NCBI GenBank assembly: GCA_963664535.1
Contig: OY761465.1
Location: 76,980-140,979, forward strand
DNA: 64,000 bases
DNA from: Candidatus Binatia bacterium
GTDB taxonomy: Bacteria > Desulfobacterota > Binatia > UBA9968 > JAJDTQ01
Direction of reading: 5' to 3'
The translations under genes were made by a program, and so were the position numbers. Below the pieces are notes generated by a model that saw only the letters and a program-made list of their open reading frames with translations, ran no database searches and was not told the origin of the DNA. This document shows, piece after piece, positions 13,076 to 28,278 of the stretch (the first letter of the stretch is position 1; every line of letters begins with the position of its first letter).

Positions 13076-14377
13076 ATGAACATCGCAATGCTCGGCACGG
13101 GTTACGTGGGGCTGGTGACAGGGAGCTGCTTCGCCGAGACCGGCAACGACGTGGTGTGCGTGGACATCGACGAGGCCAAGGTCGAGCTGCTGCGGAAGGG
13201 CCGGGTGCCGTTCTACGAGCTGGGGCTGGAGGAACTGGTCGAGCGCAACACCCGCGAGGGCCGGTTGTCCTTTTCCACGGACCTGGGCGAGGCGGTGAAG
13301 CGGGCGGAGGCGGTCTTCATCGCGGTGGGCACGCCGCAGGTGTCGGCGGGCGGCGCCGACCTGAGCCAGGTGTTCGCGGTGGCGGAGGACATCGCCCGGG
13401 CCATGAACGGCGCCAAGATCGTGGTGACCAAGAGCACGGTCCCGGTGGGGACGGCCGCGCGGGTGCGGGAGATCATCGAAGAACACACCCGGCATGGCGT
13501 GGCGGTGGTCTCGAACCCGGAGTTCCTGAAGGAAGGCACGGCGGTGGAGGACTTCATGAAGCCCGACCGGGTGGTGCTGGGCGGCGATGACGCGGACTCG
13601 CTGGAGCGCCTCAAGGACCTCTACGAGCCCTTCGTGCGCACCGGCAAGCCCGTTATCCTCACCGACACGCGCAGCGCCGAGATGAGCAAGTACGCCGCCA
13701 ACGCGATCCTGGCCACCAAGATCTCGTTCATCAACGAGACGGCCCGTCTGTGCGAGAAGGAGGGGGCGGACATCGAGCAGGTCCGGCGCATCATCGGACT
13801 GGACCACCGTATCGGCCCGCATTTCATCTTTCCGGGAATCGGTTACGGGGGATCGTGCCTGCCCAAGGACATCCGGGCGATGATCGCCATGGGCGGGGAA
13901 GAGCTGGAGATGCCGTTGCTGCGGGCAGTGGACCGGATCAACGAGACGCAGAAGGGCCTGTTGCTGGCGAAGGTCAAGGACCACTTCGGCGAGCTGTCCG
14001 GCGTCACCCTGGCGCTGTGGGGCTTGTCCTTCAAGGCCCGCACCGACGACATGCGCGAGGCGCCCGCCATTTGGGTCATCGACGGCCTGCTGGAGGCGGG
14101 CGCGCGGGTGCGAGCCTTCGACCCCGAGGCCATGGAGGAGGCGCGGAAGCGCTACGGCGAGCGCATCGAGTTCGGCGACAGCAACTACGAGGCGGCCGAG
14201 GGCGCCGACGCGTTGCTGGTCCTGACCGAATGGAACGAGTTCCGCAGCCCGGATTTTTCCCGGCTGAAGGAGCTGCTGCGCGGGCCGGTGATCTTCGACG
14301 GCCGCAACCTCTACGACCCGGCGGCGATGCGGCGGCAGGGTTTCGTCTACCATTCGATAGGGCGGAGCGGTGGATAG
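13076..14377 (+). CDS. ugd: UDP-glucose 6-dehydrogenase
   Basis: [22 protein letters not shown] and [10 protein letters not shown] motifs. Confidence 0.92.
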   Translation: MNIAMLGTGYVGLVTGSCFAETGNDVVCVDIDEAKVELLRKGRVPFYELGLEELVERNTREGRLSFSTDLGEAVKRAEAVFIAVGTPQVSAGGADLSQVFAVAEDIARAMNGAKIVVTKSTVPVGTAARVREIIEEHTRHGVAVVSNPEFLKEGTAVEDFMKPDRVVLGGDDADSLERLKDLYEPFVRTGKPVILTDTRSAEMSKYAANAILATKISFINETARLCEKEGADIEQVRRIIGLDHRIGPHFIFPGIGYGGSCLPKDIRAMIAMGGEELEMPLLRAVDRINETQKGLLLAKVKDHFGELSGVTLALWGLSFKARTDDMREAPAIWVIDGLLEAGARVRAFDPEAMEEARKRYGERIEFGDSNYEAAEGADALLVLTEWNEFRSPDFSRLKELLRGPVIFDGRNLYDPAAMRRQGFVYHSIGRSGG

Positions 14378-16163
14378 CGCTCGGATCCGGAACTTCTGCA
14401 TCATCGCCCATATCGACCACGGCAAGTCCACGCTCGCGGACCGGCTGCTGGAGCACACCGGCGCGCTCAGCGAGCGCGAGAAGACCGACCAGTTCCTGGA
14501 CAAGATGGAGCTGGAACGCGAGCGCGGCATCACCATCAAGGCCAGTCCGGTGCGGCTCGACTACCGCTCCGCCGCCGGCCATGACTACGTCCTGAACCTC
14601 ATCGATACGCCCGGCCACGTGGACTTCACCTACGAGGTCTCCCGGAGCCTGGCCGCCTGCGAAGGGGCGATCCTGGTGGTGGACGCCGCCCAGGGGGTGG
14701 AGGCGCAGACCGTGGCCAACGTCTATCTGGCGCTGGACCACGATCTCCAGGTCTTTCCGGTCATCAACAAGATCGATCTGCCCAGCGCGGATCCGGAGCG
14801 GGTCAAGCGGGAGATCGAGGACATCATCGGCCTGGACAGCTCCCAGGCCATCCTGGCCAGCGCCAAGAAGGGCATCGGCACAGAGGCCGTGCTCGAAGGC
14901 ATCATCGCCAACTTCCCGCCGCCCCGGGGCGAGCGCGACGCGCCCTTGAGCGGGCTCGTCTTCGATAGCTGGTTCGATCCCTACCACGGCGCGGTGATCC
15001 TGCTGCGGGTCTACGAAGGGAACGTCCGCACCGGCGACACCATCCGCCTCATGTCCACCGGCGGCGTGTTCGAGGTGAACCGGCTTGGCATTTTCGCTCC
15101 CGGGCCGGTGGAAGTGGGGAGCTTGGGTCCGGGCGAGGTGGGCTTTCTCATGGCCTCCATCAAGAACATCCACGAGGCCCGCATCGGCGATACCGTCACC
15201 GGCCACAAGCGTCCCGCGGCCCAACCGTTGGAAGGCTTCCGTCCGCTCAAGCCGGTGGTGTTCAGCGGCCTCTATCCGGCGGACTCGGGCCAGTACCAGG
15301 CGCTCAGGACCGCGCTCGAGAAACTGAGCCTGAACGATTCGTCCTTCACCTTCGAGCCGGAGACCTCCCAGGCCCTGGGGTTCGGCTTTCGTTGCGGGTT
15401 CCTGGGCCTGCTGCACCTGGATATCGTGCGCGAGCGGGTGGAGCGGGAGTTCGACCTCGCCCTCATCACCACGGCGCCCACGGTGATCTATCGGGTCACC
15501 ACCCAAGGGGGAGAGGTCCTGGCCATCGACAATCCGGTGGACTTCCCCAACGAGGCCGACATCGCCACCATCGAGGAGCCGTTCATCCTCGCCACCATCC
15601 ACCTTCCCCAGGACTATATGGGGGGCGTGCTCAAGCTGTGCGAGGAAAAGCGCGGCATTCAGCGGGAACTGCGCTACGCGGGCCTCAACCGCGCCATGGT
15701 CACTTACGAGCTGCCGCTGAACGAGATCGTGTTCGACTTCTACGACAGGCTCAAGTCCCTGAGCCGGGGCTACGCGTCCATGGACTACGAGATGGCGGGC
15801 ATGCGGCCGTCGAAGCTGGTCAAGCTGGACGTGCGCATCAACGGCGACCTGGTGGACGCCATGTCGCTGATCGTGCACCGGGAGAAGGCGTACATACGGG
15901 GCCGGGACATGGTGCAGCGCATGCGCGAGTTGATCCCGCGGCAGATGTTCGAGGTGGTGATCCAGGCGGCCATCGGCAGCCGCGTCATCGCCCGGGAGTC
16001 GGTGAAGGCGCTCCGCAAGAACGTCACCGCCAAGTGCTACGGCGGCGACATCACCCGCAAGCGCAAGCTCCTGGAGCGGCAGAAAGAGGGCAAGAAGCGC
16101 ATGAAATCGGTGGGACGGGTGGAGATACCCCAGGAGGCCTTCCTGGCGGCGCTGAAGGTCTGA
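14370..16163 (+). CDS. lepA: Elongation factor 4 (LepA)
   Basis: [25 protein letters not shown] and [14 protein letters not shown] motifs. Confidence 0.98.
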   Translation: MDSARIRNFCIIAHIDHGKSTLADRLLEHTGALSEREKTDQFLDKMELERERGITIKASPVRLDYRSAAGHDYVLNLIDTPGHVDFTYEVSRSLAACEGAILVVDAAQGVEAQTVANVYLALDHDLQVFPVINKIDLPSADPERVKREIEDIIGLDSSQAILASAKKGIGTEAVLEGIIANFPPPRGERDAPLSGLVFDSWFDPYHGAVILLRVYEGNVRTGDTIRLMSTGGVFEVNRLGIFAPGPVEVGSLGPGEVGFLMASIKNIHEARIGDTVTGHKRPAAQPLEGFRPLKPVVFSGLYPADSGQYQALRTALEKLSLNDSSFTFEPETSQALGFGFRCGFLGLLHLDIVRERVEREFDLALITTAPTVIYRVTTQGGEVLAIDNPVDFPNEADIATIEEPFILATIHLPQDYMGGVLKLCEEKRGIQRELRYAGLNRAMVTYELPLNEIVFDFYDRLKSLSRGYASMDYEMAGMRPSKLVKLDVRINGDLVDAMSLIVHREKAYIRGRDMVQRMRELIPRQMFEVVIQAAIGSRVIARESVKALRKNVTAKCYGGDITRKRKLLERQKEGKKRMKSVGRVEIPQEAFLAALKV

Positions 16164-16175
16164 AGTTCAAAGTCG

Positions 16176-16877
16176 GTGGGTGAAGTGTTAAGTTTCAGGC
16201 GAAGGACCTCTTACGTGGCCAGATTTGGAAAGCCGAGAAAATCCGTCTTCCGGGAGTACACCGAAGCCATCCTCATCGCCCTGGTGGCGGCGTTGTTCCT
16301 GCGGGCCTTCGTGGTGCAGGCCTTCAAGATCCCCTCGGGCTCCATGATTCCGACCCTGGCCATCGGCGACCACATCCTGGTGAACAAGCTGTCCTACGGC
16401 TTGCGGCTGCCGGACGTGAGCTGGGTACCCTTCGCCGGGTGCGTGGACCTGGTCAGAGGCTCCCATCTCATGGAATGGAACATCCCGGAACGGGACGACG
16501 TCGTCGTGTTCGTCTTCCCGCAGGACCGCTGCAAGGATTTCATCAAGCGCGTGGTGGGACTTCCGGGAGACGAGGTGGTGATCCGTAACAAGAAGGTCTA
16601 CATCAACGGCGAGTTCGTGGACGACGCCCATGCCCATTTCGAGGAGGAAGGCACGAGCCTGGGGACCGGCCACGTCCGGGACAACTTCGGCCCGGTGACG
16701 GTGCCGGACGGGCGCGTGTTCGTCATGGGCGACAACCGGGACCGGAGTTTCGACAGCCGCTTCTGGGGCTTCGTGCCCATCCAGGACATCCGCGGCCGGG
16801 CCTTCGTCAAGTACTGGTCCTGGGACTCGGAAAACAGCCGGCTGCGCTGGTGGCGCATCGGCGGCCTCATTTACTGA
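16176..16877 (+). CDS. lepB: Signal peptidase I (start uncertain)
   Basis: [17 protein letters not shown] and [14 protein letters not shown] motifs; follows lepA. Confidence 0.95.
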   Translation: MGEVLSFRRRTSYVARFGKPRKSVFREYTEAILIALVAALFLRAFVVQAFKIPSGSMIPTLAIGDHILVNKLSYGLRLPDVSWVPFAGCVDLVRGSHLMEWNIPERDDVVVFVFPQDRCKDFIKRVVGLPGDEVVIRNKKVYINGEFVDDAHAHFEEEGTSLGTGHVRDNFGPVTVPDGRVFVMGDNRDRSFDSRFWGFVPIQDIRGRAFVKYWSWDSENSRLRWWRIGGLIY

Positions 16878-16902
16878 CGTCAAGAGTGCGCCGGTTGATC
16901 TC

Positions 16903-18021
<1,119 letters not shown>

Positions 18022-18022
18022 G

Positions 18023-21253
<3,231 letters not shown>

Positions 21254-21270
21254 TCCGGAAATATCCAGGA

Positions 21271-21341
21271 CTTCACCCCGGACCTCCACAACGTCACCCG
21301 TGACATCCCACAACGTCACCCCGGACTCGATCCGGGGTCCA
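21271..21341. repeat. CGTC-class REP with tandem partial copies
   Basis: CGTC-ACCCCGGA-CTCGA-TCCGGGGT-CCA at 21314-21341, preceded by two degenerate TCACCC(C)G units separated by CCACAACG. Confidence 0.7.
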
Positions 21342-21402
21342 GAGACGGGGCTGGGGGACCCCGGCTTTGGCAGGCTCTCGTCAAAGACTGTAATATTCCT
21401 TC

Positions 21403-23622
21403 GTGCCTTCCCACTATCACCCCACGCATCTCGAACCCGCCGATTGCCGCGAATCCTTGCGGGTTCGTCTGGACGTGCTGAAGGGCATCGGCCCGGTACG
21501 GGCCGCGCAGCTCGCCGGGCGCGGGCTCGCCACCGTCGAGGACCTGCTGTACCACCTGCCGTTTCGCTACGAGGACCGCCGGGACGCCACGGCCATCGGC
21601 GAAGCCGCGGCCGGGGAGAACGGTATCTTTGTCGGCCGCCTGACCGGCCTCCGGGCCGGACGGATTCGCCGGGGCCGCGGCATCCTCACGGGCACTTTGA
21701 CCGACGACACCGGCAGCCTGGAGCTGGTGTGGTTCAACCCGGTCCGTTACATCGCGGAGGCCCTGCGCGTGGGTCAGCGGCTTTCCGTCTACGGCAGGGT
21801 GGCGTCCGGACGGGGCGCGCGACTCAGCGTGCCCCATCCGGAGTTCGAGGTCCTCGACGAGGGAACGGAGCGGCAGCCGGAGGTGAGGCCGGTATACGAG
21901 AAGCCCGGCGACGTGTCGCAGGCCAACCTGCGCGGCTGGGCGGCCCAGGCCCTGGACCGGTTCGGCGGGTTCCTCCCCAGCTTCCTGCCGTCGGAGGTGG
22001 CCAAGCGGCAACGGCTCATGGACCTGAGACAGGCCTTGGAGATCCTCCACCGTCCATCCCCCGGGAACCGGGAGGTCCCTCCCTCGCAGGGTGGAAGCCT
22101 TCCCGACAGCGCGCCGGAGCCCGGCGCCGCCGACGAGGTCCGGGCCGCGGCCCGCCGCGCCCTGGCGTTCGACGAGTTCTTCTACTTCCAACTGGCCCTG
22201 GCCCTGCGCCGACGGCAGCGCCTGGACAGCCCCGGCTTCCCCTCGCCGGCGCGGCCGGGACCGCTCACCGTCCGGATGCGGGAGCTGCTCCCATACCGCC
22301 TCACCGGCGGTCAGGAACGGGTGCTGCGGGAGATCTACCAGGACATGGAGTCGCCGAGCCCCATGCGCCGCCTGCTGCAAGGCGACGTGGGCTCGGGCAA
22401 GACCGTCATCGCCTGGCTCGGCGCGCTACGGGCCATGGAGAACGGCCGTCAGGCGCTGTTCCTGGCTCCCACCGAGCTGCTTGCCGAGCAGCACTACGAA
22501 AGGCTCCGACCCTACGCCGAGCGGTTGGGCGTTCGCGCGGCGCTGCTCTCCGGCTCACTTCCAGCCAGTGCCCGGAAAGAGATCACCGGGCGCATCGGCG
22601 ACGGCGAGGTGGATTTCGTGGTGGGCACGCACGCGCTCTTCCAGGAGGGCGTGTCCGTGCCGCGCATGGGACTGGGCATCGTCGACGAGCAGCACCGCTT
22701 CGGAGTGAGCCAACGCACCGCCTTCGCGCGCCTGTCCTTGCGGGACGCGACAGCCGGCGCCGCCGCCCCCGAGCCGGACCTGCTGCTGATGAGCGCCACC
22801 CCCATTCCCCGCAGCCTGGCCATGGTGCTGTCCGGCGACCTGGAAGTGTCGCTGCTGGACGAGGCGCCGCCGGGAAGGACGCCCGTGCGCACGGTGGTGG
22901 TGCAGGAGAACCGGAGACGGAAGGTCTACGAGCGCGTCCGGGCCGCGGTGGCGGACGGACGCCAAGCCTATCTCGTGTACCCGCTGGTGGAAGACTCCGG
23001 GAAGCTGCCCCTGGCGGCCGCCGAGACCATGGCCGGGGAGCTGTCCCGGACCGTCATGAAGGGATTTCGCGTGGGCCTGGTCCACGGCCAGATGCCCGCC
23101 GCCGAGCGGGACCAGGTGATGCGGCGTTTCCGGCGGGGCGAGGTCCAGGTGCTGGTGGCCACCACCGTCATCGAGGTCGGCATCGACGTCCCCGGCGCCA
23201 CCCTCATGGTCGTCGAGCACGCTGAGCGTTTCGGGCTCGCACAGTTGCACCAGCTCCGGGGCAGGGTAGGGCGGGGCCGGGACGAATCCCACTGCGTCCT
23301 GATTCACTACGGCTCCCGGGACGACGAATCCCGCCGGCGGCTGGAAGTGCTGGAACGCTCCGCCGACGGCTTCGAAGTGGCCGAGGCCGACCTGCGGTTC
23401 CGCGGCGCCGGGGAGATCCTAGGGACGCGCCAGGCCGGTTACCAGGGATTCCGGGTGGCGCACTTGGTGCGGGACAACGAGGTGCTGCAGGCGGCGCGGG
23501 GCGAGGCGCGTGACTGGCTCGCACACGACCCGGGCTTGGGCGGCGAGATCTCGCAGGGAATCAGAGAGGTGCTGCAACATCGATGGGGCGACAGCATGCA
23601 GTTGGGAGCATGGGCCGATTAA
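21403..23622 (+). CDS. recG: ATP-dependent DNA helicase RecG
   Basis: DLLYHLPFRYEDR, LLQGDVGSGKT, DEQHRFGV, MSATPIPRSL and QLHQLRGRVGRG motifs. Confidence 0.97.
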   Translation: MPSHYHPTHLEPADCRESLRVRLDVLKGIGPVRAAQLAGRGLATVEDLLYHLPFRYEDRRDATAIGEAAAGENGIFVGRLTGLRAGRIRRGRGILTGTLTDDTGSLELVWFNPVRYIAEALRVGQRLSVYGRVASGRGARLSVPHPEFEVLDEGTERQPEVRPVYEKPGDVSQANLRGWAAQALDRFGGFLPSFLPSEVAKRQRLMDLRQALEILHRPSPGNREVPPSQGGSLPDSAPEPGAADEVRAAARRALAFDEFFYFQLALALRRRQRLDSPGFPSPARPGPLTVRMRELLPYRLTGGQERVLREIYQDMESPSPMRRLLQGDVGSGKTVIAWLGALRAMENGRQALFLAPTELLAEQHYERLRPYAERLGVRAALLSGSLPASARKEITGRIGDGEVDFVVGTHALFQEGVSVPRMGLGIVDEQHRFGVSQRTAFARLSLRDATAGAAAPEPDLLLMSATPIPRSLAMVLSGDLEVSLLDEAPPGRTPVRTVVVQENRRRKVYERVRAAVADGRQAYLVYPLVEDSGKLPLAAAETMAGELSRTVMKGFRVGLVHGQMPAAERDQVMRRFRRGEVQVLVATTVIEVGIDVPGATLMVVEHAERFGLAQLHQLRGRVGRGRDESHCVLIHYGSRDDESRRRLEVLERSADGFEVAEADLRFRGAGEILGTRQAGYQGFRVAHLVRDNEVLQAARGEARDWLAHDPGLGGEISQGIREVLQHRWGDSMQLGAWAD

Positions 23623-23796
23623 GCACTTCGCGGACTGTCGTCCCGCCGACAATTTGCGCCTGTCCTTTCAATGCCTTATATACAATCCATCCTGCCTGTT
23701 TCAGTCGCTGAAGGTCATACGGGACTGTCGTCGAGAATCCCGCGGCCGCAATCCCACGAATTCGCCGGGCCGGAAGGGGACGAGAGGAACTGCAAG

Positions 23797-24975
23797 GTGG
23801 AGTTCAACCGGATCAAGAGACTGCCTCCCTACGTTTTCAACACCATCAACGACCTCAAGCAGGAGGCTCGGAGGAAGGGAGAGGACATCGTCGACTTCAG
23901 CATGGGCAATCCGGACATGGCGACGCCGGCGCCCATCGTCGACAAGCTGGTGGAGGCGGTCATGAAGCCGCAGAACCACCGCTACTCGGTGTCACGGGGC
24001 ATCTACAAGCTCAGGGTCGCCATCTGCGACTGGTATCAGCGGCGGTACGGGGTCTCCATCGACGCGGATGACGAGGCCATCGTCACCATCGGCTCCAAGG
24101 AGGGGCTGGCGCACCTGGTGCTGGCGATGATCGATCCGGGCGACGTGGTGTTGTGTCCGAGCCCCACCTATCCGATCCACCAGTACTCGGTGGTCATCGC
24201 CGGCGGCGACCTGCGGAGCATCCCGCTGGTCTCCAGCGAGGGGTTCATGGAACAGCTCGAGGAGGCCATCAAGCAGACCTGGCCCCGGCCCAAGCTGATG
24301 ATCCTGAACTTCCCGCACAATCCCACCACCGAGGTGGTGGACCTGGAGTTCTTCGAGCGTATCGTGAAGTTCGCCAAGGAGAACGAAATCCTGGTGATCC
24401 ACGATCTGGCCTACGCGGACCTGACCTTCGACGGCTACGAGCCCCCGAGTTTCCTTCAGGTGCCCGGGGCCAAGGACGTGGGCGTGGAGTTCTTCACCAT
24501 GTCCAAGAGCTACAACATGCCCGGCTGGCGGGTGGGGTTCGCTGTGGGCAACGCCACCATGATTCACGCCCTGGCGCGGCTCAAGAGCTACATGGACTAC
24601 GGCATCTTCCAGCCGGTGCAGATCGCGGCCATCCACGCCCTCAACGCACAGGACGAGGACGTGCGGGAAATCTCCGAGACCTACCGGAGCCGGCGGGACG
24701 TGTTGGTGGACGGGTTGGCCCGGCTCAACTGGATGATCCGGAAGCCCAGGGCCACCATGTTCGTGTGGGCCGAGATCCCCGCTCCCTACCGCTCCATGGG
24801 CTCGGTGGAGTTCTCCAAGTTCCTGCTCAACGAGGCCAAGGTGGCGGTGTCTCCGGGCATCGGCTTCGGCCAGTACGGCGACCAGCACGTGCGTTTCGCC
24901 CTGATCGAGAACGAGCACCGCACGCGCCAGGCCGTGCGCACCATCCGCAAGGCCATGGGCGTCCTGCCCGAATAG
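23797..24975 (+). CDS. alaC: Class I/II aminotransferase, AlaC-like
   Basis: [27 protein letters not shown] (PLP Lys) and ENEHRTRQA. It precedes hom. Start chosen at GTG 23797. Confidence 0.8.
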   Translation: MEFNRIKRLPPYVFNTINDLKQEARRKGEDIVDFSMGNPDMATPAPIVDKLVEAVMKPQNHRYSVSRGIYKLRVAICDWYQRRYGVSIDADDEAIVTIGSKEGLAHLVLAMIDPGDVVLCPSPTYPIHQYSVVIAGGDLRSIPLVSSEGFMEQLEEAIKQTWPRPKLMILNFPHNPTTEVVDLEFFERIVKFAKENEILVIHDLAYADLTFDGYEPPSFLQVPGAKDVGVEFFTMSKSYNMPGWRVGFAVGNATMIHALARLKSYMDYGIFQPVQIAAIHALNAQDEDVREISETYRSRRDVLVDGLARLNWMIRKPRATMFVWAEIPAPYRSMGSVEFSKFLLNEAKVAVSPGIGFGQYGDQHVRFALIENEHRTRQAVRTIRKAMGVLPE

Positions 24976-24984
24976 CCTGGCGCC

Positions 24985-26361
24985 ATGGCATCCCGGGTCC
25001 ACATCGGCATCCTCGGCGCCGGCACCGTGGGCGGCGCCGTCCACGACCTTGTCGTCGACGGCCACCTGGCTCGCTTCGGCGTCGACGCCGAGGTCGTCAA
25101 GGTATTCACGCGCACTCCCCAGGGCAAGCCGCGGTTCGAGATTTCACCGGAGCTTTTCACCACCGACCCGGCCGCGGTCACCGGCCATCCCGACATCGAT
25201 ATCGTTGTGGAGGTATTGGGCGCCGGCGGACCCGAGGACCTGCGCGCCCAGAAGGAATGGGTCGTGGATGCGCTGCGTCACGGCAAGTCCGTGGTGACGG
25301 CCAACAAGGCGCTGCTGGTGGCCCACGGGGCGGAGATCTGGGCTACCGCCCGGGAATGCGGCCGGGCCCTGCGCTTCGAGGCGTGCGTGGGCGGCGGCAT
25401 CCCCATCATCGGACCGCTGACCCAGAGCCTCGGCGCCGAGCGGCCGGCGGCCGTTTACGGCCTGGTGAACGGCACCTGCAACTATATCCTGACGGAGATG
25501 GCCCGGAAGGGCAGATCCTACGGCGACGCGCTGGCGTCGGCCCAGGCGCTTGGCTACGCCGAAGCCGACCCGGACGCCGACGTGAGCGGCCGGGACGCCG
25601 AGGCCAAGCTGCTGCTGCTGTCGTCCATCACCTTCGGCGCGCGCCTGGAGCCGGGCGTCATCCACCGCAGGGGCATCGAGCGCATCCACGCCATCGACTT
25701 CCTCTACGCCGCCCGGAAGGGCCGCGGCACCATCAAGTCCGTGGCCCTGGCGCGAAGCGTCGGCGGCGCGCTGGAGGCCATGGTGACGCCCATGGTGGTG
25801 CCCGAGGAGCACCCCATCGCCCGCATCGACGGCGTCACCAACGCGGTGTTCTTCAAGGGTGAGGTAAGCGACGGCGGAGCGGCGGACGCCGGCGACTGGG
25901 ACTACGTGTTCGCGGGGCCCGGTGCCGGCGGCGGCGCCACCGCGGTGGCGGTCCTGGGCGACGTTCACGAGCTGGTGGCGCGCTCGGGCGACACGCCGTT
26001 CCTGCCGGTTGAGAGCATCGTCCCGGGAGTCCGCTCGGTTCGTCCGGAAGACGAGTTGCGGGCCTCCTTCTACGTGCGCTTCGTGGTGCGGGACCAGAGC
26101 GGCATCGTCGGCGAGATCTGCCAGATCTTCGGGGACAAGCAGATCAACGTCTCGGAGATCTGGCAGCTAGACCACGGCGAGGAAGAGTTGGAATCCTTGG
26201 TGGGGGCGGGGAAGGGCGGAGCCGCGCCCGACGAAATCCTCCCGTTCGTCATCACCCTGGAAGAGACCAGCGTGGGTCAGTTGCGCCAGGCCCTGGAGCG
26301 TATCGCGCAGAAGGACTTCGTGCTGGCGGAACCCCTGTGGCTGCCCGTATGGAGGGGCTGA
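24985..26361 (+). CDS. hom: Homoserine dehydrogenase with C-terminal ACT-like domain
   Basis: GAGTVG, VVTANK, EACVGGGIP, NGTCNYIL, GYAEADP and GPGAGGGATA motifs. Confidence 0.93.
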   Translation: MASRVHIGILGAGTVGGAVHDLVVDGHLARFGVDAEVVKVFTRTPQGKPRFEISPELFTTDPAAVTGHPDIDIVVEVLGAGGPEDLRAQKEWVVDALRHGKSVVTANKALLVAHGAEIWATARECGRALRFEACVGGGIPIIGPLTQSLGAERPAAVYGLVNGTCNYILTEMARKGRSYGDALASAQALGYAEADPDADVSGRDAEAKLLLLSSITFGARLEPGVIHRRGIERIHAIDFLYAARKGRGTIKSVALARSVGGALEAMVTPMVVPEEHPIARIDGVTNAVFFKGEVSDGGAADAGDWDYVFAGPGAGGGATAVAVLGDVHELVARSGDTPFLPVESIVPGVRSVRPEDELRASFYVRFVVRDQSGIVGEICQIFGDKQINVSEIWQLDHGEEELESLVGAGKGGAAPDEILPFVITLEETSVGQLRQALERIAQKDFVLAEPLWLPVWRG

Positions 26362-26398
26362 CCGTGCGCGGAGGCGATGGGAGCCCGGAGGGTGGCTG

Positions 26399-27064
26399 AT
26401 GGGTGATGGCGCCGACCGGGTGGCGCTGGTATGCGTGCGAGACAGCCGCCGCTTCGGTCTTCAGGTGCTGTCGAGGTCCATGGGCGCGGCGGCAGGCTCC
26501 GGAAGCCGTGGCCTGTCCTTTCCGGGAGATCGTGTCGACGGCGCCGACCGCGCGGCGCGGACCTTGCGGCGATGCCACGGTCTGACGAGCGCCAGGGCGC
26601 ACCGGTTGCTGGGCCACGGGATGACGCCGGCGCGGGCCATGGGCTGTTGGGTTGCCGCCGCCAGGGTCCTGCTCGCCGCCACGGGCCTTGTCTTCGCCGT
26701 CGAGGGGGAGCGCCGGACGCCCGTGCGGCGAAGGGTGCCGCCTCGTGAGCGTCAGGCCCCGGGCGGTAGCGGACCGGACTTCGCCGATTTCCTTGTTCGG
26801 GAACAACTGCATTGCGATCTGGGGCGGCTCTTCTTCTTCACTCAATGGGTGGACCCGGCTTCCAACCACGCCACCAGGTTCTTCCTCGTCAACGTCCCCG
26901 GCGACCTGCGTATCGGCGGCGCGCTCTGGCATGTGCCGGAGAAAGCGTTGCTCCTGTGGCGCAACGGGGATCTTCTCCTGGATTTCGAAACCTTCGCGTG
27001 TCTGCGGACCCTGACGGATTTCTCCTCCTGTGATAGTCTTCTGTCTGAATACCGGGCTCGTTGA
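26399..27064 (+). CDS. NUDIX-fold (Nudt19-like) protein with a degenerate Nudix box
   Basis: FPGDRVD, AAARVLLAATG (where AAxRELxEETG is expected) and FFTQWVDP...TRFFL. Confidence 0.6.
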   Translation: MGDGADRVALVCVRDSRRFGLQVLSRSMGAAAGSGSRGLSFPGDRVDGADRAARTLRRCHGLTSARAHRLLGHGMTPARAMGCWVAAARVLLAATGLVFAVEGERRTPVRRRVPPRERQAPGGSGPDFADFLVREQLHCDLGRLFFFTQWVDPASNHATRFFLVNVPGDLRIGGALWHVPEKALLLWRNGDLLLDFETFACLRTLTDFSSCDSLLSEYRAR

Positions 27065-27156
27065 GGCGCCGGACACTCGGCACACACTCGGCAGATCGAT
27101 GGTCCGTCCGATGCCGGAGGCAGGCATCGTAACCGGACAGACAGGGGAAACTCGAT

Positions 27157-28137
27157 ATGGCGACAGAACTGACCATCGCGCTCGAGCGCTATGACCGGCA
27201 CGTACCGTTTTTCATGGGAATGGTGACGCCCCCGGAGGGCATCGACCTGAAGGTGCTCGAGGTTGGCATGGCGCCGCCGCGGCGCGACGGCATCGACCGC
27301 CATAAACGCTTCATGCGCGGCCAGGAATTCGACATCTGCGAGATGTCGGTCTCATCCTATCTGACGGCCAAGAGCCGCGGGCTCGACTACACGGCCACGC
27401 CGGTGTTCCCGCGCCGCCTGTTCAGCCAGAACCACATGTTCGTCAGCACCGCCGCCGGCATCGACAAGCCGGCCGATCTGATCGGCCGGAAAGTATGTTG
27501 CCGCAGCTTCCAGACCACCATGTCGGTGCTGGCCAAGGGCGACCTCGCGTTCGAGTACGGCGTTCCCTGGCGGGAACTCGACTGGCAGACCATGAGCGTG
27601 GAGCTTGTGGACTGGCCGGGCCGCGAGGCGGCCGCTCTGACGCTGATCGACGAGCCCAGCGCCCCCGACGCGCTGATCGAGGGCGATCTCGCCATGATGA
27701 TCCACCCGCATCCGCCGGCAAGGCTGCTGGAGGGCTTGCGCGACGGCTCGCTCCACCGGCTCTTCCCCGATACCAAGGAAGAATGTGCCCGGTACTTCAG
27801 GAAATATGGCGACTATCCGATCATGCACGTGCTGGTCTACAAGCAGGAAGTCGCCGACCGTCACCCCGAGCTGCCGCGCGCGCTGATGGACATGTGGGAG
27901 GATTCCAAGACCCAGGCGGCGGGATTCTATGAAGACCCGGGCTACGCGGAACTGGCGTTCGCGCGCAACGATTTCGAGGAGGAAAGGAATCTGTTCGGCG
28001 CCGATATCTGGCCCTCGGGCCTTGCGGCCAACCGCGCCAGCCTCGAACGTTTCATGAAATACCTGACCGACCAGACGCTGATCGAGGCGCCCTATCCGGT
28101 GGAGGAACTCTTTCATCCAAGCGTGCTGGACACATGA
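27157..28137 (+). CDS. 4,5-dihydroxyphthalate decarboxylase-like / periplasmic-binding-fold protein
   Basis: RYDRH, EFDICEMSVSSY, PVFPRRLF, YPIMH and GLAANRASLE motifs. No signal peptide seen. Confidence 0.75.
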   Translation: MATELTIALERYDRHVPFFMGMVTPPEGIDLKVLEVGMAPPRRDGIDRHKRFMRGQEFDICEMSVSSYLTAKSRGLDYTATPVFPRRLFSQNHMFVSTAAGIDKPADLIGRKVCCRSFQTTMSVLAKGDLAFEYGVPWRELDWQTMSVELVDWPGREAAALTLIDEPSAPDALIEGDLAMMIHPHPPARLLEGLRDGSLHRLFPDTKEECARYFRKYGDYPIMHVLVYKQEVADRHPELPRALMDMWEDSKTQAAGFYEDPGYAELAFARNDFEEERNLFGADIWPSGLAANRASLERFMKYLTDQTLIEAPYPVEELFHPSVLDT

Positions 28138-28278
28138 ACCGACACTCCCGGGACGATCCGCGAAGGGGCGCCGGCGGCTTGGTCATGGCGAAGCCCCCGG
28201 AACTGTGAAATACTTCCCTTGCGTTGCGGGGAACCACGGCATGCGGTAAATCCATCGTTTCGCCGAGCCATCGATACC

